From positions 23,876-87,875 of the forward strand of contig JAMCWG010000116.1 in NCBI GenBank assembly GCA_023475235.1: 64,000 bases of DNA, given 5' to 3'. Below are positions 1 to 9,029 of the stretch, one piece after another. This stretch comes from Chloroflexota bacterium (GTDB lineage Bacteria; Chloroflexota; UBA6077; FW602-bin22; JAMCWG01). Both the position numbers and the translations under genes were made by a program. Within the stretch, counting starts at the first letter, position 1. Every line of letters starts with the position of its first letter. The notes beneath the pieces were generated by a model, which saw only the letters and a program-made list of their open reading frames with translations, did no database searches and was not told where the DNA came from.

Positions 1-96
1 CCGGAGCAGCTTCTGCAGTCGCTGCCCGCGCAGGTCGTCGTATTCTTCGGTAGTGGCCGCAGGGGCCGACTGGTCGACTTCTTCTGCGTGTGTCAA
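1..96 (-). CDS. lysS: N-terminus of probable lysyl-tRNA synthetase (runs off window)
   Basis: TTG start at 96 reads MTHAEEVDQSAPAATTEEYDDLRGQRLQKLLR. The QRLxKL resembles the LysS N-terminus, and the gene lies directly downstream of greA (common greA-lysS synteny). Only 32 codons are visible. Confidence 0.6.
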   Translation of the reverse strand, partial: MTHAEEVDQSAPAATTEEYDDLRGQRLQKLLR

Positions 97-104
97 GCTT
101 TAGC

Positions 105-572
105 CTACTCGATGCCGATTATCGTGTAACGGATGGTGCCAGCCGGCACGGACACTTCCACAAGGTCGCCGATCTTGTGACCGAGGAGGGCCCGGCCCAC
201 GGGCGATTCGTTGGAGATCTTGCCGGTGCGGGGGCTCGCCTCTGCCGAGCCTACGATAGTGAAGCTATCCTGCTTATTGTCCTCACTAACTACCGCCACC
301 TTCGCTCCGAGTGTCACTGAATCGTGCGAATGGTTGCCATCGATGAGCTGGGCGCGAGATATGATGTTCTGCAGGGTCAGAATACGTCCCTCGATGAAGC
401 CTTGCTCATTCTTAGCCTCCTCGAAATCGGCATTGTCTGTGACGTCGCTGAACTCTTTGGAGGCGCGGATGCGCTCGGCCACCTGCGGTCTGCGGACTTC
501 GCACAGGTAGCGGAGCTCATTCTCCAGCTTCTCCAAACCCTCACGAGTCAAGTACGCGGGCTTGTCGTGCAT
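105..572 (-). CDS. greA: Transcription elongation factor GreA
   Basis: LTREGLEKLENEL, DVTDNADFEEAKNEQ and ISNESPVGRALLG motifs; AGGAG RBS before the ATG at 572. Confidence 0.97.
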   Translation of the reverse strand: MHDKPAYLTREGLEKLENELRYLCEVRRPQVAERIRASKEFSDVTDNADFEEAKNEQGFIEGRILTLQNIISRAQLIDGNHSHDSVTLGAKVAVVSEDNKQDSFTIVGSAEASPRTGKISNESPVGRALLGHKIGDLVEVSVPAGTIRYTIIGIE

Positions 573-614
573 GTTGTCTTCTCCTAACATCAAACGACTT
601 CCCTTACACTTAGC

Positions 615-643
615 AAAAAACTGAGAGACGTGCGTGCTCTCAG
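615..643 (-). terminator. Intrinsic terminator-like hairpin in the greA 5' leader
   Basis: Minus strand CTGAGAG-cacgcacgt-CTCTCAG-TTTTTT, lying between the promoter and the start codon. Confidence 0.7.
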
Positions 644-664
644 CTGCTCATTGACGGCGACATC

Positions 665-693
665 ATTATATAACAGCACAAGCCCCTTGTCAA
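665..693 (-). promoter_or_regulatory. Consensus sigma70 promoter for greA
   Basis: TTGACA-17 nt-TATAAT on the minus strand. Confidence 0.85.
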
Positions 694-711
694 AATGAAC
701 GACTCGCACAC

Positions 712-737
712 GTAGTGACGACTTAAGTCGGCACTAC
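712..737. repeat. Collapsed GTAG-type REP palindrome
   Basis: GTAGTGACGACTTAAGTCGGCACTAC, with the same arms as the repeats at 13700 and 44539. Confidence 0.75.
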
Positions 738-762
738 GCCGCCGCCGGGAGCGCCCCTACCC

Positions 763-1911
763 CTAGGGGCAGGGCTCCAGTGGCCCCAGCATCGTCGACG
801 CTATCCACTCTCGCTCGCTCAACAGGTCTGCCAGCTTGGCCGGCGCCGTCGGGGACCCCAGGTCGGCGGCCTGCTGATAGGCGTCGGCCGCCGGCTGCGA
901 CCAGCACTTGTGCATTCCCTTCGGGTACTTAGCAGTTGCATCCTCCAAGTCCGCCAGCACCTCCCAGGCCTCCCAGTTCTCTCCCTCCAGCTCCACCGCC
1001 TGCCTGGCCCATTCCAGCCCGCGGGGGTAGTGCTGCTGCCTGAGCATTTCTCGTTCCTCGCCAGCGCGTGTCCCGTCCTCGGTCATCCAGTGCACCGCCC
1101 GTGCGCCGGATATGTAGTCGATGGCCGAGGCCCTTCCGGCGGTGATGGCGTCTTCAGCCGCACGAAGGGTCTGCCAGGTGGTAGCAGGAACGTAAACGGC
1201 GCGCACATCCTCGGTTGGCTCGAAGTCGCGCATCTGCCAGACCACCCGGGACGTACTGGACTCGCCGGCCGCCGGGTCCGCGGCGACGAAGGCCCCGCCG
1301 TCTCGAGCCGTGGCGATGACGGTGGCTTCGCCGATAGTGCCGTCCCACAGCGCACCCGAAGTGAGCACATAGAACAGGTTCACGGCGCCGTTCCCCTCGC
1401 TGAGCTTCTGATCGTAGCCGACGTTCAGTCGCACCGGCACCCCGCGCGGAAAGGCCATATCCCACACGAACCACTCGTCTCCCCAACTGCTCGCGCTCGG
1501 GTCTAGAACGACGCGCTCCCTGCGGGGCTGATACTGGGTAACGCCGGCCCAGGCCCGGAAGTTGCCGAGCTGCGACGGAGAGAACCCCACCTGCTTAGGG
1601 TACTCGCCGACATTGACCGGGTAATTGTACTCGGGAAAGCCCACCTTCATCTTGGTATCTGGGCCATTGTTCAGCAGGTCGAAGACCGCGCTCACCACGG
1701 CGTAGACTGCGCCGTCGCGCTCGATCACCCGCAGGTCCACGGTCTCGGCCACCATTCGGACCCTGTTGTCCACGAGCCCGGGCTTGAGCCCTACCGGCGA
1801 CTCCCACATCGGCGCCGAGTCGGCCCTGGACGGTAGCGTAGCCACCATCGCCTGATAGCCCATCAGGACCGTCAGGCCGAGACACGTCAGCTTGCGCACC
1901 CAGGAAAGCAT
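763..1911 (-). CDS. Exported hypothetical protein (DUF4424-like N-terminal domain, helical C-terminus)
   Basis: GGAGG RBS before the ATG at 1911; signal peptide; VRMVAETV, VGFP and YVLTSGALWDGTIG motifs resemble DUF4424. Confidence 0.6.
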   Translation of the reverse strand: MLSWVRKLTCLGLTVLMGYQAMVATLPSRADSAPMWESPVGLKPGLVDNRVRMVAETVDLRVIERDGAVYAVVSAVFDLLNNGPDTKMKVGFPEYNYPVNVGEYPKQVGFSPSQLGNFRAWAGVTQYQPRRERVVLDPSASSWGDEWFVWDMAFPRGVPVRLNVGYDQKLSEGNGAVNLFYVLTSGALWDGTIGEATVIATARDGGAFVAADPAAGESSTSRVVWQMRDFEPTEDVRAVYVPATTWQTLRAAEDAITAGRASAIDYISGARAVHWMTEDGTRAGEEREMLRQQHYPRGLEWARQAVELEGENWEAWEVLADLEDATAKYPKGMHKCWSQPAADAYQQAADLGSPTAPAKLADLLSEREWIASTMLGPLEPCP

Positions 1912-1931
1912 TTGTCCTTCCTCCGTAGCAT

Positions 1932-3311
1932 TCAGTCGAACTGGAGCCCCAGAGCGGCCAGCTCGCCCTTGACCCGCAGATACTTCGCCTCCCATTCCGG
2001 CTTGATGCGGCCGCGCACCAGGTCGTAGCACTGGTCGATGTGCTGGCCGGGCTCGGCAGGCTTGCCGTTCAGGGTGGGGGCAAACTTATCCATCACCTCA
2101 TCGGCCCCGGCCCGCGTCAGCCCGGCCCGCTGGGTGGCCCGCGCCACCTCCGCCATCCACTCCGCCTCGAACGGCGTCTGCCCGGCGTTCATCATCGCCC
2201 GATGGTGACGGGAAGAGGTCATGTTGAGGCCGTTGATGGGGGCGGCTATGCTGCCGGTAGCGATCTCCCGCAGGTAGGTCTCCGAGCCGGGGCCGCAGAC
2301 CCAACCAGCACCCGTGAAACCGATGATGTTAGCGTGGCGGCTGAGCGCCTGGCAGACGACCGAGCGGGCCCGGCTCATCCGCCGGTTGGTGCCCACCGTC
2401 TTCAGGGTGGAGTTGGTGAGACGGCCGACGCCGCCCGTGTAACACCAGGCGTGGCGGTACACCAGGAAGCCGGCGATGGGCTTGGCCACACTCGCCACCA
2501 GCGCCCCCTCGACATCGCCGCAGAAGCCGCCCACGCTCTCGCCGCCGCCGCCGTTGACGGCGAACGCGCCGTAGTCGCGGTACACGATGGCCGCCGTCAG
2601 CAGGTCCTGCTCCATCTTCATATCGGGCAGGGTGGACAGGAGCACCCCATCGGTGCGACGCAGCCCGTAATCGGGGTCCATCGGCGCGATCAGGGCGGCA
2701 GCGCGGGTGCTGATGGGGTAGAGGGCGACGGCCATGCCGGGGCGCCCCGCCCTACAGACGCCATCGCGCATCCAGAACAGCTCGCGGCGGGCGGCATATG
2801 CCTCCGTCGGCAGGCCGAAGACCTCCCGCCCATCCGTCTGCGTGAAGTTGATGCCCTCCATATAGTCGCCCTCTGGCAGTCGGGCAGTGTCCTTTATCAC
2901 TAATGGCGCGTACTCCTCGCTGAAGGGGGCATGGTGGCCGGGGCACTGGTTCAGCCGCTCTTTCGTCTCGATCTGCTTCTTGGTGATCGTCCGGGCGTCG
3001 CGTCCCGTGCCGACGATCACCCGAGGCTGCGCCTCCCGGCAGGCTTCCAGCACCTCTTCGCGGCTGAACCGGACCACCCGGCCGGTGCTGATGCAGTACA
3101 TTCCTACTTCGGACAGGAAGGCAACCCCGGCCTCGAAGGCCCGGTCCGCCAGCGCATCGTCCGTATTGAACCAGGTGCCATCGTCGTCGCAGCGTATGTC
3201 GAAGCGCCTGGCAATCTCGGCGCACTTGCGAAAGAGGCCCATGTTCCAGGCCTTTTCCTCCATCTTCGGACCCTTCTGGGTCCGCTCGGCAATATCCAGC
3301 AGACTGATCAT
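1932..3311 (-). CDS. Monomethylamine:corrinoid methyltransferase (MtmB) family protein, non-pyrrolysine
   Basis: 459 aa with the MtmB layout (GMYCISTGRVV, GTGRDA, AGRPGM, GGFCG, CYDL, LGLQF). Ala sits at the position of Pyl (AGRPGMGV-O-GP in methanogen MtmB); no in-frame TAG. Confidence 0.88.
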   Translation of the reverse strand: MISLLDIAERTQKGPKMEEKAWNMGLFRKCAEIARRFDIRCDDDGTWFNTDDALADRAFEAGVAFLSEVGMYCISTGRVVRFSREEVLEACREAQPRVIVGTGRDARTITKKQIETKERLNQCPGHHAPFSEEYAPLVIKDTARLPEGDYMEGINFTQTDGREVFGLPTEAYAARRELFWMRDGVCRAGRPGMAVALYPISTRAAALIAPMDPDYGLRRTDGVLLSTLPDMKMEQDLLTAAIVYRDYGAFAVNGGGGESVGGFCGDVEGALVASVAKPIAGFLVYRHAWCYTGGVGRLTNSTLKTVGTNRRMSRARSVVCQALSRHANIIGFTGAGWVCGPGSETYLREIATGSIAAPINGLNMTSSRHHRAMMNAGQTPFEAEWMAEVARATQRAGLTRAGADEVMDKFAPTLNGKPAEPGQHIDQCYDLVRGRIKPEWEAKYLRVKGELAALGLQFD

Positions 3312-3365
3312 CGCCTATTTTTCTCCTACGAGTGGAAATAGCAATTGCGCGGCACGACCGGCGGG

Positions 3366-3596
3366 CTAACTGGATTTCGCCCAGGCTTCCAGCGCCTTCA
3401 ACAGCCAGTACAGAATGGCAAACAGCAGGGCCACGCCGATCATCACGCCCAGGCCGATCAACGCGAATTCCTGGCCGTAGATGAGCCACATCAGCGCGCC
3501 GCCGAACACCACAATGATGCCGAAGCCGCCGACCACGAGCACCCATTCGGTATGGGCCTTGTGCTCGCCTGGGGTCAGCGGCCCCTCGCTCCTCAT
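3366..3596 (-). CDS. Small two-TM membrane protein
   Basis: 76 aa with two hydrophobic segments; GGAGG RBS; co-oriented between ggt and the mtmB-like gene. Confidence 0.75.
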   Translation of the reverse strand: MRSEGPLTPGEHKAHTEWVLVVGGFGIIVVFGGALMWLIYGQEFALIGLGVMIGVALLFAILYWLLKALEAWAKSS

Positions 3597-3618
3597 GCCT
3601 GTCCTCCCGGCAGTTCGG

Positions 3619-5250
3619 CTAGTATCCCGTCGCCTCGCCGTCAGAGCGGGGGTCTACGCCGGCGTAGCGCACGCCGGTGACCGGGTCGACCTGGACCAGC
3701 ATCACCGACCCGCCGCCGGCATAGGATCCAACGACCTTCGTCCGATGCCCGAGCGCTTCCAGCCCGCCCACCACCCCGGCCGGGATGCGGTCCTCCAGTA
3801 TTAGCTGGAATGGGTCATCGATGTTGATGGGATCGGTGCCGGGCGTGCTGATCCAGCGCGGTGCTTCGGCGGCCTCCTGGACGTTCATCCCGTAGTCGAT
3901 GAGATTGCACAGTATCTGGGCGTTGATCTGAGGCTGCCGGTCGCCGCCCGGCGTGCCGCCGACGATATACGGCAAACCGTTCCGAAGGACCATGTAGCAG
4001 TTGAGGGTGTGCATGGTCTTCTTGCCGGGGGCGATGATATTTGGATGCCCCTCCACCAGGCTGAAGCCGCGGCCGGCCCGGTTGTTCGGCAGTATGCCGG
4101 TATCGCCCACCATCTGGGCGCAGCCGAAGGCATTCGACAGGCTGTGGATAAAGGAGATGGCATTGCCCTCTCGGTCCACGACGCAGAAATAGGTGGTGTC
4201 GCCGTCGAGCTCGCCGGGTTGGCCCGCCGCCGGATCATTGTTGGCCTTGCGTGGGTCGATCTCGGAGCTCCGCCGGGCGGCGTACTTCTTGGAAAGCATC
4301 CCCTTGAGCGGAAACTTCACGAAGGCCGGGTCGCCGGCGTACCTGACGCGGTCGCTGAAGGCCAGCTTCTTGGCTTCCACCTGGGTATGAATGCTCTCCA
4401 CGCTATTGAATCCCATCCCGGCAAGACTGAAGCACTCGAGCAGGTTCATCATCTCCAAATGGATGAGCCCCTGGGAAGGAGGAGCTGTCTGGAGCACATC
4501 GTAACCGCGATAGGTGACGCACAGCGGCTCGTACACCTCGGTGCGGTGCTCGGCGAAGTCCTCCGTCGTGAACAGGCCGCCGTTGGCCTGCGAGAACTCG
4601 ACGAACGCCCTGGCAATAGCACCTTTGTAAAAGATATCACGGCCGCCCTCGGCGATCATCCGCCAGCTACGGCCCATATCCTTCTGCACCAGGATATCGC
4701 CGGGCCGGAACGGCTCGCCGCCCGGCTTGAGGAGGACCTTCGTCGTGGTGGGGTAGCGGGCCAGAAGTGAAGCGTTCGCGATCATGCTCTCGCCCACGTG
4801 CTGGCTGACGGGGAAGCCGCTCTCGGCATACTCGATGGCCGGCTGGACCAGCTCAACCATCGAGCGCGTGCCGAACCGTTCTAGAATCGTGAAGTAGGCA
4901 TCCACGCCGCCGGGCACCGACGGGGCGAGCATACCGTGGGGAGGCATCTTCTGGTAGCCGCGACTGCGGAAGTACTCGGGCGTGGCGCCCCGGGGAGCGA
5001 CGCCGCTGCCGTTTATGCCGAAGACCCGCCCGGTCCTGGCCTGATAATAGATGGCGAACACATCCCCGCCCAGCCCGCACATCATCGGCATTGTAACGGT
5101 GAGCACGGCAGCCGTGGCGATGGCCGCGTCGGCGGCGTTACCACCAGACATCAAAACGCGCAGGCCAGCCGCGGAGGCCAGTTGCTGGGCCGAGGCTACC
5201 ACGCCGTTGGAGCACATAACCACGCTGCGGTGTTGGGTCGGTACAGACAC
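3619..5250 (-). CDS. ggt: Gamma-glutamyltransferase family Ntn hydrolase (YwrD/HpxW-like clade)
   Basis: GNAADAAIA, GLGGD, nucleophile GD-TTYFCVVD, HTLN and GTPGGDRQPQ motifs; GTG start at 5250 with AGGAGG RBS. Confidence 0.9.
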   Translation of the reverse strand: MSVPTQHRSVVMCSNGVVASAQQLASAAGLRVLMSGGNAADAAIATAAVLTVTMPMMCGLGGDVFAIYYQARTGRVFGINGSGVAPRGATPEYFRSRGYQKMPPHGMLAPSVPGGVDAYFTILERFGTRSMVELVQPAIEYAESGFPVSQHVGESMIANASLLARYPTTTKVLLKPGGEPFRPGDILVQKDMGRSWRMIAEGGRDIFYKGAIARAFVEFSQANGGLFTTEDFAEHRTEVYEPLCVTYRGYDVLQTAPPSQGLIHLEMMNLLECFSLAGMGFNSVESIHTQVEAKKLAFSDRVRYAGDPAFVKFPLKGMLSKKYAARRSSEIDPRKANNDPAAGQPGELDGDTTYFCVVDREGNAISFIHSLSNAFGCAQMVGDTGILPNNRAGRGFSLVEGHPNIIAPGKKTMHTLNCYMVLRNGLPYIVGGTPGGDRQPQINAQILCNLIDYGMNVQEAAEAPRWISTPGTDPINIDDPFQLILEDRIPAGVVGGLEALGHRTKVVGSYAGGGSVMLVQVDPVTGVRYAGVDPRSDGEATGY

Positions 5251-5379
5251 GATTCTCCTCCTCAGGAAAACGTTGTTGATTCGCTCCAGGCCTGAACCGG
5301 TCGCGTGGGGCATCTTCAGCTATGGCAGCAAGCCGATTGGTTTATGACAAAGCTTATGATAGAGCGACGATACCCGCGA

Positions 5380-5712
5380 TTATCCGGACGAGTCCCCCAG
5401 GGTCTCGCACAGCGCCTCGGTGACCATTCGGTAGATCCGTGAAGGATCGTAGACGACGAAGCGCTGGCGCTGTGTCACGAGGTCTTCCCGGTCCTTGCTG
5501 CCCATCCATTTGTTAAGCGCTTCCTGGCTATCCCATAGTTGTAGCAATACGAATTCATTCCGATCAGTAACGTTCTGGGCCGCCATCTGCCAGATCATAC
5601 CCCAGCGCCTGCGAACGGGCTCGGTCTCGTCAAGCCACTTGATGGCTTCCTGAGTCTTGCCCGGGAGAAAGCGTACCGGCCGGACGACCAGCACTCGTGG
5701 CATCTCTACCAT
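5380..5712 (-). CDS. Antibiotic biosynthesis monooxygenase (ABM)-like dimeric alpha/beta barrel protein
   Basis: 110 aa; PGK and FVLLQLWDSQEAL pattern typical of ABM; strong RBS. Confidence 0.7.
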   Translation of the reverse strand: MVEMPRVLVVRPVRFLPGKTQEAIKWLDETEPVRRRWGMIWQMAAQNVTDRNEFVLLQLWDSQEALNKWMGSKDREDLVTQRQRFVVYDPSRIYRMVTEALCETLGDSSG

Positions 5713-5840
5713 CTCCCTCCTCCTTCATGTTACCAGCTTCAGCCCTCCCCGCGAATCCGTGGGCATTATAACAGAAAGGCAGTTGCACGACGGTGTCGAC
5801 GGAGCTATGCCTGAAATGCGACGAACGACGAAACTTAACG

Positions 5841-5866
5841 TTAGGCCCGCGCACCCGCGGGCCTAA
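5841..5866. terminator. Hairpin downstream of lon
   Basis: TTAGGCCCGCG-cacc-CGCGGGCCTAA perfect stem. Confidence 0.6.
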
Positions 5867-5912
5867 GGTACTGGCTCTCCGAAGCCAGGGGCCACCGCCT
5901 CAGCCTTCTCAG

Positions 5913-8426
5913 CTAGCCCGGCGTCTCGTCGGCCAGCGCTCGCTCGCTCTCGGCGGCAGCCTCCCTGGTGCGATCGCCGACGCCCGCCGCTACCGGTTCC
6001 TCCTTCGCGGCCCCCGGGGCCGGGAAGCTCCCCTCCGGCAGCGCCGCCCGCAGCGCCTCGTCAATGCTTTCTGCCAGTACGAACGTCATCTCCGAGCGTA
6101 GCGCCGGCGGCAGGTCGTCGAGATCGATCTCGTTCCGCTTGGGCAGAATGACGGTGCGGATGCCGGCCCGATGGGCCGCCAGCACTTTCTCCTTGATGCC
6201 GCCTACCGGCAGCACCCTCCCCCGAAGGGTGATCTCGCCTGTCATCGCTACCCCCTGGCGGACGGGCTTGCCCATCAGCAGCGAGGCCAGCGACACCGTC
6301 ATCGCCACGCCCGCCGACGGGCCATCCTTCGGCGTCGCGCCGGCGGGGACGTGGACATGGATGTCGCTGTTCTCGAAGAAGTTGGCGGGAATACCCAACT
6401 GCCGCACGTTCGAGCGAATGTAGGTGAGCGCCGCCTGGGCGGATTCGCGCATGACATCGCCCAGTTGCCCGGTGAGCAGCAGGCCCTTGCTCCCGGCCAT
6501 CAGGCTGGCCTCGATGAAGATGATGTCGCCACCCACCGGCGTCCAGGCCAGACCCGTGGCTACACCGGGACGCTCGATGATCTCGGCAACCTCGCTGAAG
6601 TACGGTGGGCGGCCCAGGTACTTGGTCACCAGATCGGGAGTGACGACGATTGTCCCTTCTTGGCCTTCCGCCTTGTCTCTGGCCGCTTTGCGGCATATGC
6701 TGGCGATCTCCCGCTCCAGGTTGCGTACCCCGGCCTCGCGCGTATACTCGCGAATTATGCGTCTGAGGGCCTCCTCCTCGAAGCTGACCTCATCTTTGTT
6801 CAGCGCGTTCGCGGCGACCTGTTTGGAGACCAGATAGTTCTCGGCGATGCGAAGCTTCTCCTCCTCGGTATATCCCGGCAGGCTCAGGATTTCCATTCGG
6901 TCCCGCAGCGGCGCCGGTATCGGGTCGAGCAGGTTGGCCGTGGTAATAAACATCACATGCGACAGGTCGAAGGGAACATTCAAGTAATTGTCGCGGAAGT
7001 CCTTGTTCTGCTCCGGGTCCAGCACCTCGAGGAGGGCCGACGTCGGATCACCCCGCCAGTCGGCGCCCACCTTGTCCACCTCGTCCAGCATGAACACCGG
7101 ATCGGCCGACTCGGCGCGATGTATCGCCTGGACGATCCGGCCGGGCATCGCCCCGATGTAGGTGCGGCGATGGCCCCGTATCTCGGCCTCGTCCCGGATG
7201 CCCCCCAGCGACATGCGCACGAACTTGCGTCCCAACGCCCGGGCAATGGACTGGCCGAGGGATGTCTTTCCCACGCCGGGCGGCCCCACGAAGCAGAGGA
7301 TGGGCTCGCGCGACAGCTCAGACTCGCTGGTCCGCTCCCGCTTCAGCTTCACCACCGCCAGGTATTCGAGGATGCGCTCCTTGACCTTTTCGAGATCGTA
7401 GTGGTCCTCATCCAGGATCCGCCGGGCCCGCGGCACATCGATGGCCCCCTCGGTATACTTCTTCCACGGCATACCGGTGAGCCAGTCCAGGTAAGTCTTG
7501 ATGATGGAGTACTCGGGCGACGCCGGCTGCAGGCGTTCCAGTCGTCCCAGCTCGCGGCGCGCCTCTCGCTCCGCCTCTTCCGGCATATTGGCCTGCTCGA
7601 TCTTCTCGCGCAGCATGTTTATCTCGGCGGCTTGCTCGTCGGCCTCGCCCAGCTCTCGCTGGATCGCCTTCATCTGCTGGCGGAGAAGGTATTCGCGCTG
7701 CGTCTTCTCCATCTCATTCTGGGCCTGGGTCTGAATCTTCTTGCCCAGCTCCAGGACTTCCAGCTCGCGGGTCAGGAACGTCACCAGGCGCTCCAGCTTC
7801 GTCCGCACGCTGTCCAGCTCCAGCAACTCTTGCCGGAGGGACAGGTCCATTCGCAGGGCAGAGGCCAGGACATAGGCCAAATGCCGTGGATCGTCCACAT
7901 TGATGACCAGCGTGGACAACTCTTCTGGCATATGCGGCACCAGGGCAGCCATCCGCTGGAAAAGACCCTGGGCGTTGCGCATGAGCGCCTCCACCTCTAC
8001 GGTACTCTCCGCCTGCTCCCTCGATATCTCGATGCTGGCCCTGAGGTAGGGCTGCTCCTGGGTGTAACCGACTATGCGGATGCGCTCGAGTCCCTGGACG
8101 ACGAGGCGGACTGTGCCGTCGGGCACGCGCAGCATCTGGGCCACGCGCGCTACGGTGCCCATCGTGTACAACTGCCCGGGGCCCGGCAGGTCCACCCGGG
8201 GGTCCTGCGACGCCACCAAGCCGACCAGCCGGTTGCTGGTGGCCACATCGTTGACCAGGAGGAGCGACCGTTCCTGTCCCACGAGTATCGGGTATACGGT
8301 CAAGGGGTAGACGACGGTGTCCTTCAGCGGCAGGATGGGCAGCTCGTTAGGGATGCTAGGCGGACCTTCGTTGACCTCTCCTGGAGGGGACAAGTTATTC
8401 TCAGCCAACTGGCGCTCCTGTATCAC
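5913..8426 (-). CDS. lon: ATP-dependent Lon protease
   Basis: LON N-domain, Walker A GPPGVGKT, Walker B MLDEVDK, catalytic PKDGPSAG (Ser) and GGIKEKVLAA (Lys). Confidence 0.98.
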   Translation of the reverse strand: MIQERQLAENNLSPPGEVNEGPPSIPNELPILPLKDTVVYPLTVYPILVGQERSLLLVNDVATSNRLVGLVASQDPRVDLPGPGQLYTMGTVARVAQMLRVPDGTVRLVVQGLERIRIVGYTQEQPYLRASIEISREQAESTVEVEALMRNAQGLFQRMAALVPHMPEELSTLVINVDDPRHLAYVLASALRMDLSLRQELLELDSVRTKLERLVTFLTRELEVLELGKKIQTQAQNEMEKTQREYLLRQQMKAIQRELGEADEQAAEINMLREKIEQANMPEEAEREARRELGRLERLQPASPEYSIIKTYLDWLTGMPWKKYTEGAIDVPRARRILDEDHYDLEKVKERILEYLAVVKLKRERTSESELSREPILCFVGPPGVGKTSLGQSIARALGRKFVRMSLGGIRDEAEIRGHRRTYIGAMPGRIVQAIHRAESADPVFMLDEVDKVGADWRGDPTSALLEVLDPEQNKDFRDNYLNVPFDLSHVMFITTANLLDPIPAPLRDRMEILSLPGYTEEEKLRIAENYLVSKQVAANALNKDEVSFEEEALRRIIREYTREAGVRNLEREIASICRKAARDKAEGQEGTIVVTPDLVTKYLGRPPYFSEVAEIIERPGVATGLAWTPVGGDIIFIEASLMAGSKGLLLTGQLGDVMRESAQAALTYIRSNVRQLGIPANFFENSDIHVHVPAGATPKDGPSAGVAMTVSLASLLMGKPVRQGVAMTGEITLRGRVLPVGGIKEKVLAAHRAGIRTVILPKRNEIDLDDLPPALRSEMTFVLAESIDEALRAALPEGSFPAPGAAKEEPVAAGVGDRTREAAAESERALADETPG

Positions 8427-8884
8427 CCATTGGGGAGGGAAATCGACACGCGAGTCGGCCGCGGAGTTTCTTCCGCCACCTTGGGCAGCGTGATAGAGAT
8501 CATGCCGTTCTGGTAGCTGGCCTCCACCCGCTCGGCGTCTATGGCTACGGGTATTGGGACTTCGGCACGGAACTCCCCGTACCAGATATCCATCTTATGA
8601 ATGACGGTTCGAGGTGGTGTATCCTCCTCATCCCGCTTGCCCGACACGACCAGGCAATCTGGATACAGCAATACCTCGATCTTGTCTTCAGCCGTGCCTG
8701 CTACTTCAATCTTCACGACCAGGTCAGAGGCCGTTTCGTAGACATCCGTACGGGGGCTACAGACGCCGCGTGGGGTACGAGGTAACGCGCTGCACACATC
8801 CCACCATGCATTCATCATCTGTTCCACACCGCGTTCCATCCCTACCACGGCCCTCAGAGGACTATAAATGAACCGCACTCGCAT
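8423..8884 (-). CDS. Hsp20/alpha-crystallin small heat-shock protein
   Basis: PRTDVYET, EVAG, YGEF, VEASYQNGMISITLPK motifs; stop overlaps the lon start (GTGA). Confidence 0.92.
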   Translation of the reverse strand: MRVRFIYSPLRAVVGMERGVEQMMNAWWDVCSALPRTPRGVCSPRTDVYETASDLVVKIEVAGTAEDKIEVLLYPDCLVVSGKRDEEDTPPRTVIHKMDIWYGEFRAEVPIPVAIDAERVEASYQNGMISITLPKVAEETPRPTRVSISLPNG

Positions 8885-8991
8885 TTGCTGCACCCCTTGT
8901 GAAGCTACCTGATCACCCGCCGCTCGGCACAAGCACTATCCATCGCCAGTGCCGAACGAATCGCCGCTCTTTTCCCCTCTGTCTTCTTAGA

Positions 8992-9020
8992 ATCATAACA
9001 CGAGGTGTGACTGCCGACAA
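8992..9020 (-). promoter_or_regulatory. Putative promoter of hsp20-lon
   Basis: TTGTCG-17 nt-TATGAT with an extended TG motif. Confidence 0.5.
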
Positions 9021-9029
9021 GTTCAGGTG

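Noticed and set aside
1932-3311. Pyrrolysine amber read-through in the mtmB-like genes
   Set aside because: Both ORFs are full length with no internal TAG, and no pyl genes or tRNA-Pyl are in the window.
6171-8516. 781-aa ORF on the + strand
   Set aside because: Antisense shadow of lon caused by high-GC codon bias; no recognisable motifs.
8930-8955. CIRCE-like inverted repeat upstream of hsp20-lon (GCACT-N10-AGTGC)
   Set aside because: Only about 6/9 matches per arm and the spacing is one base short of the CIRCE consensus; the position is suggestive but the evidence is insufficient.
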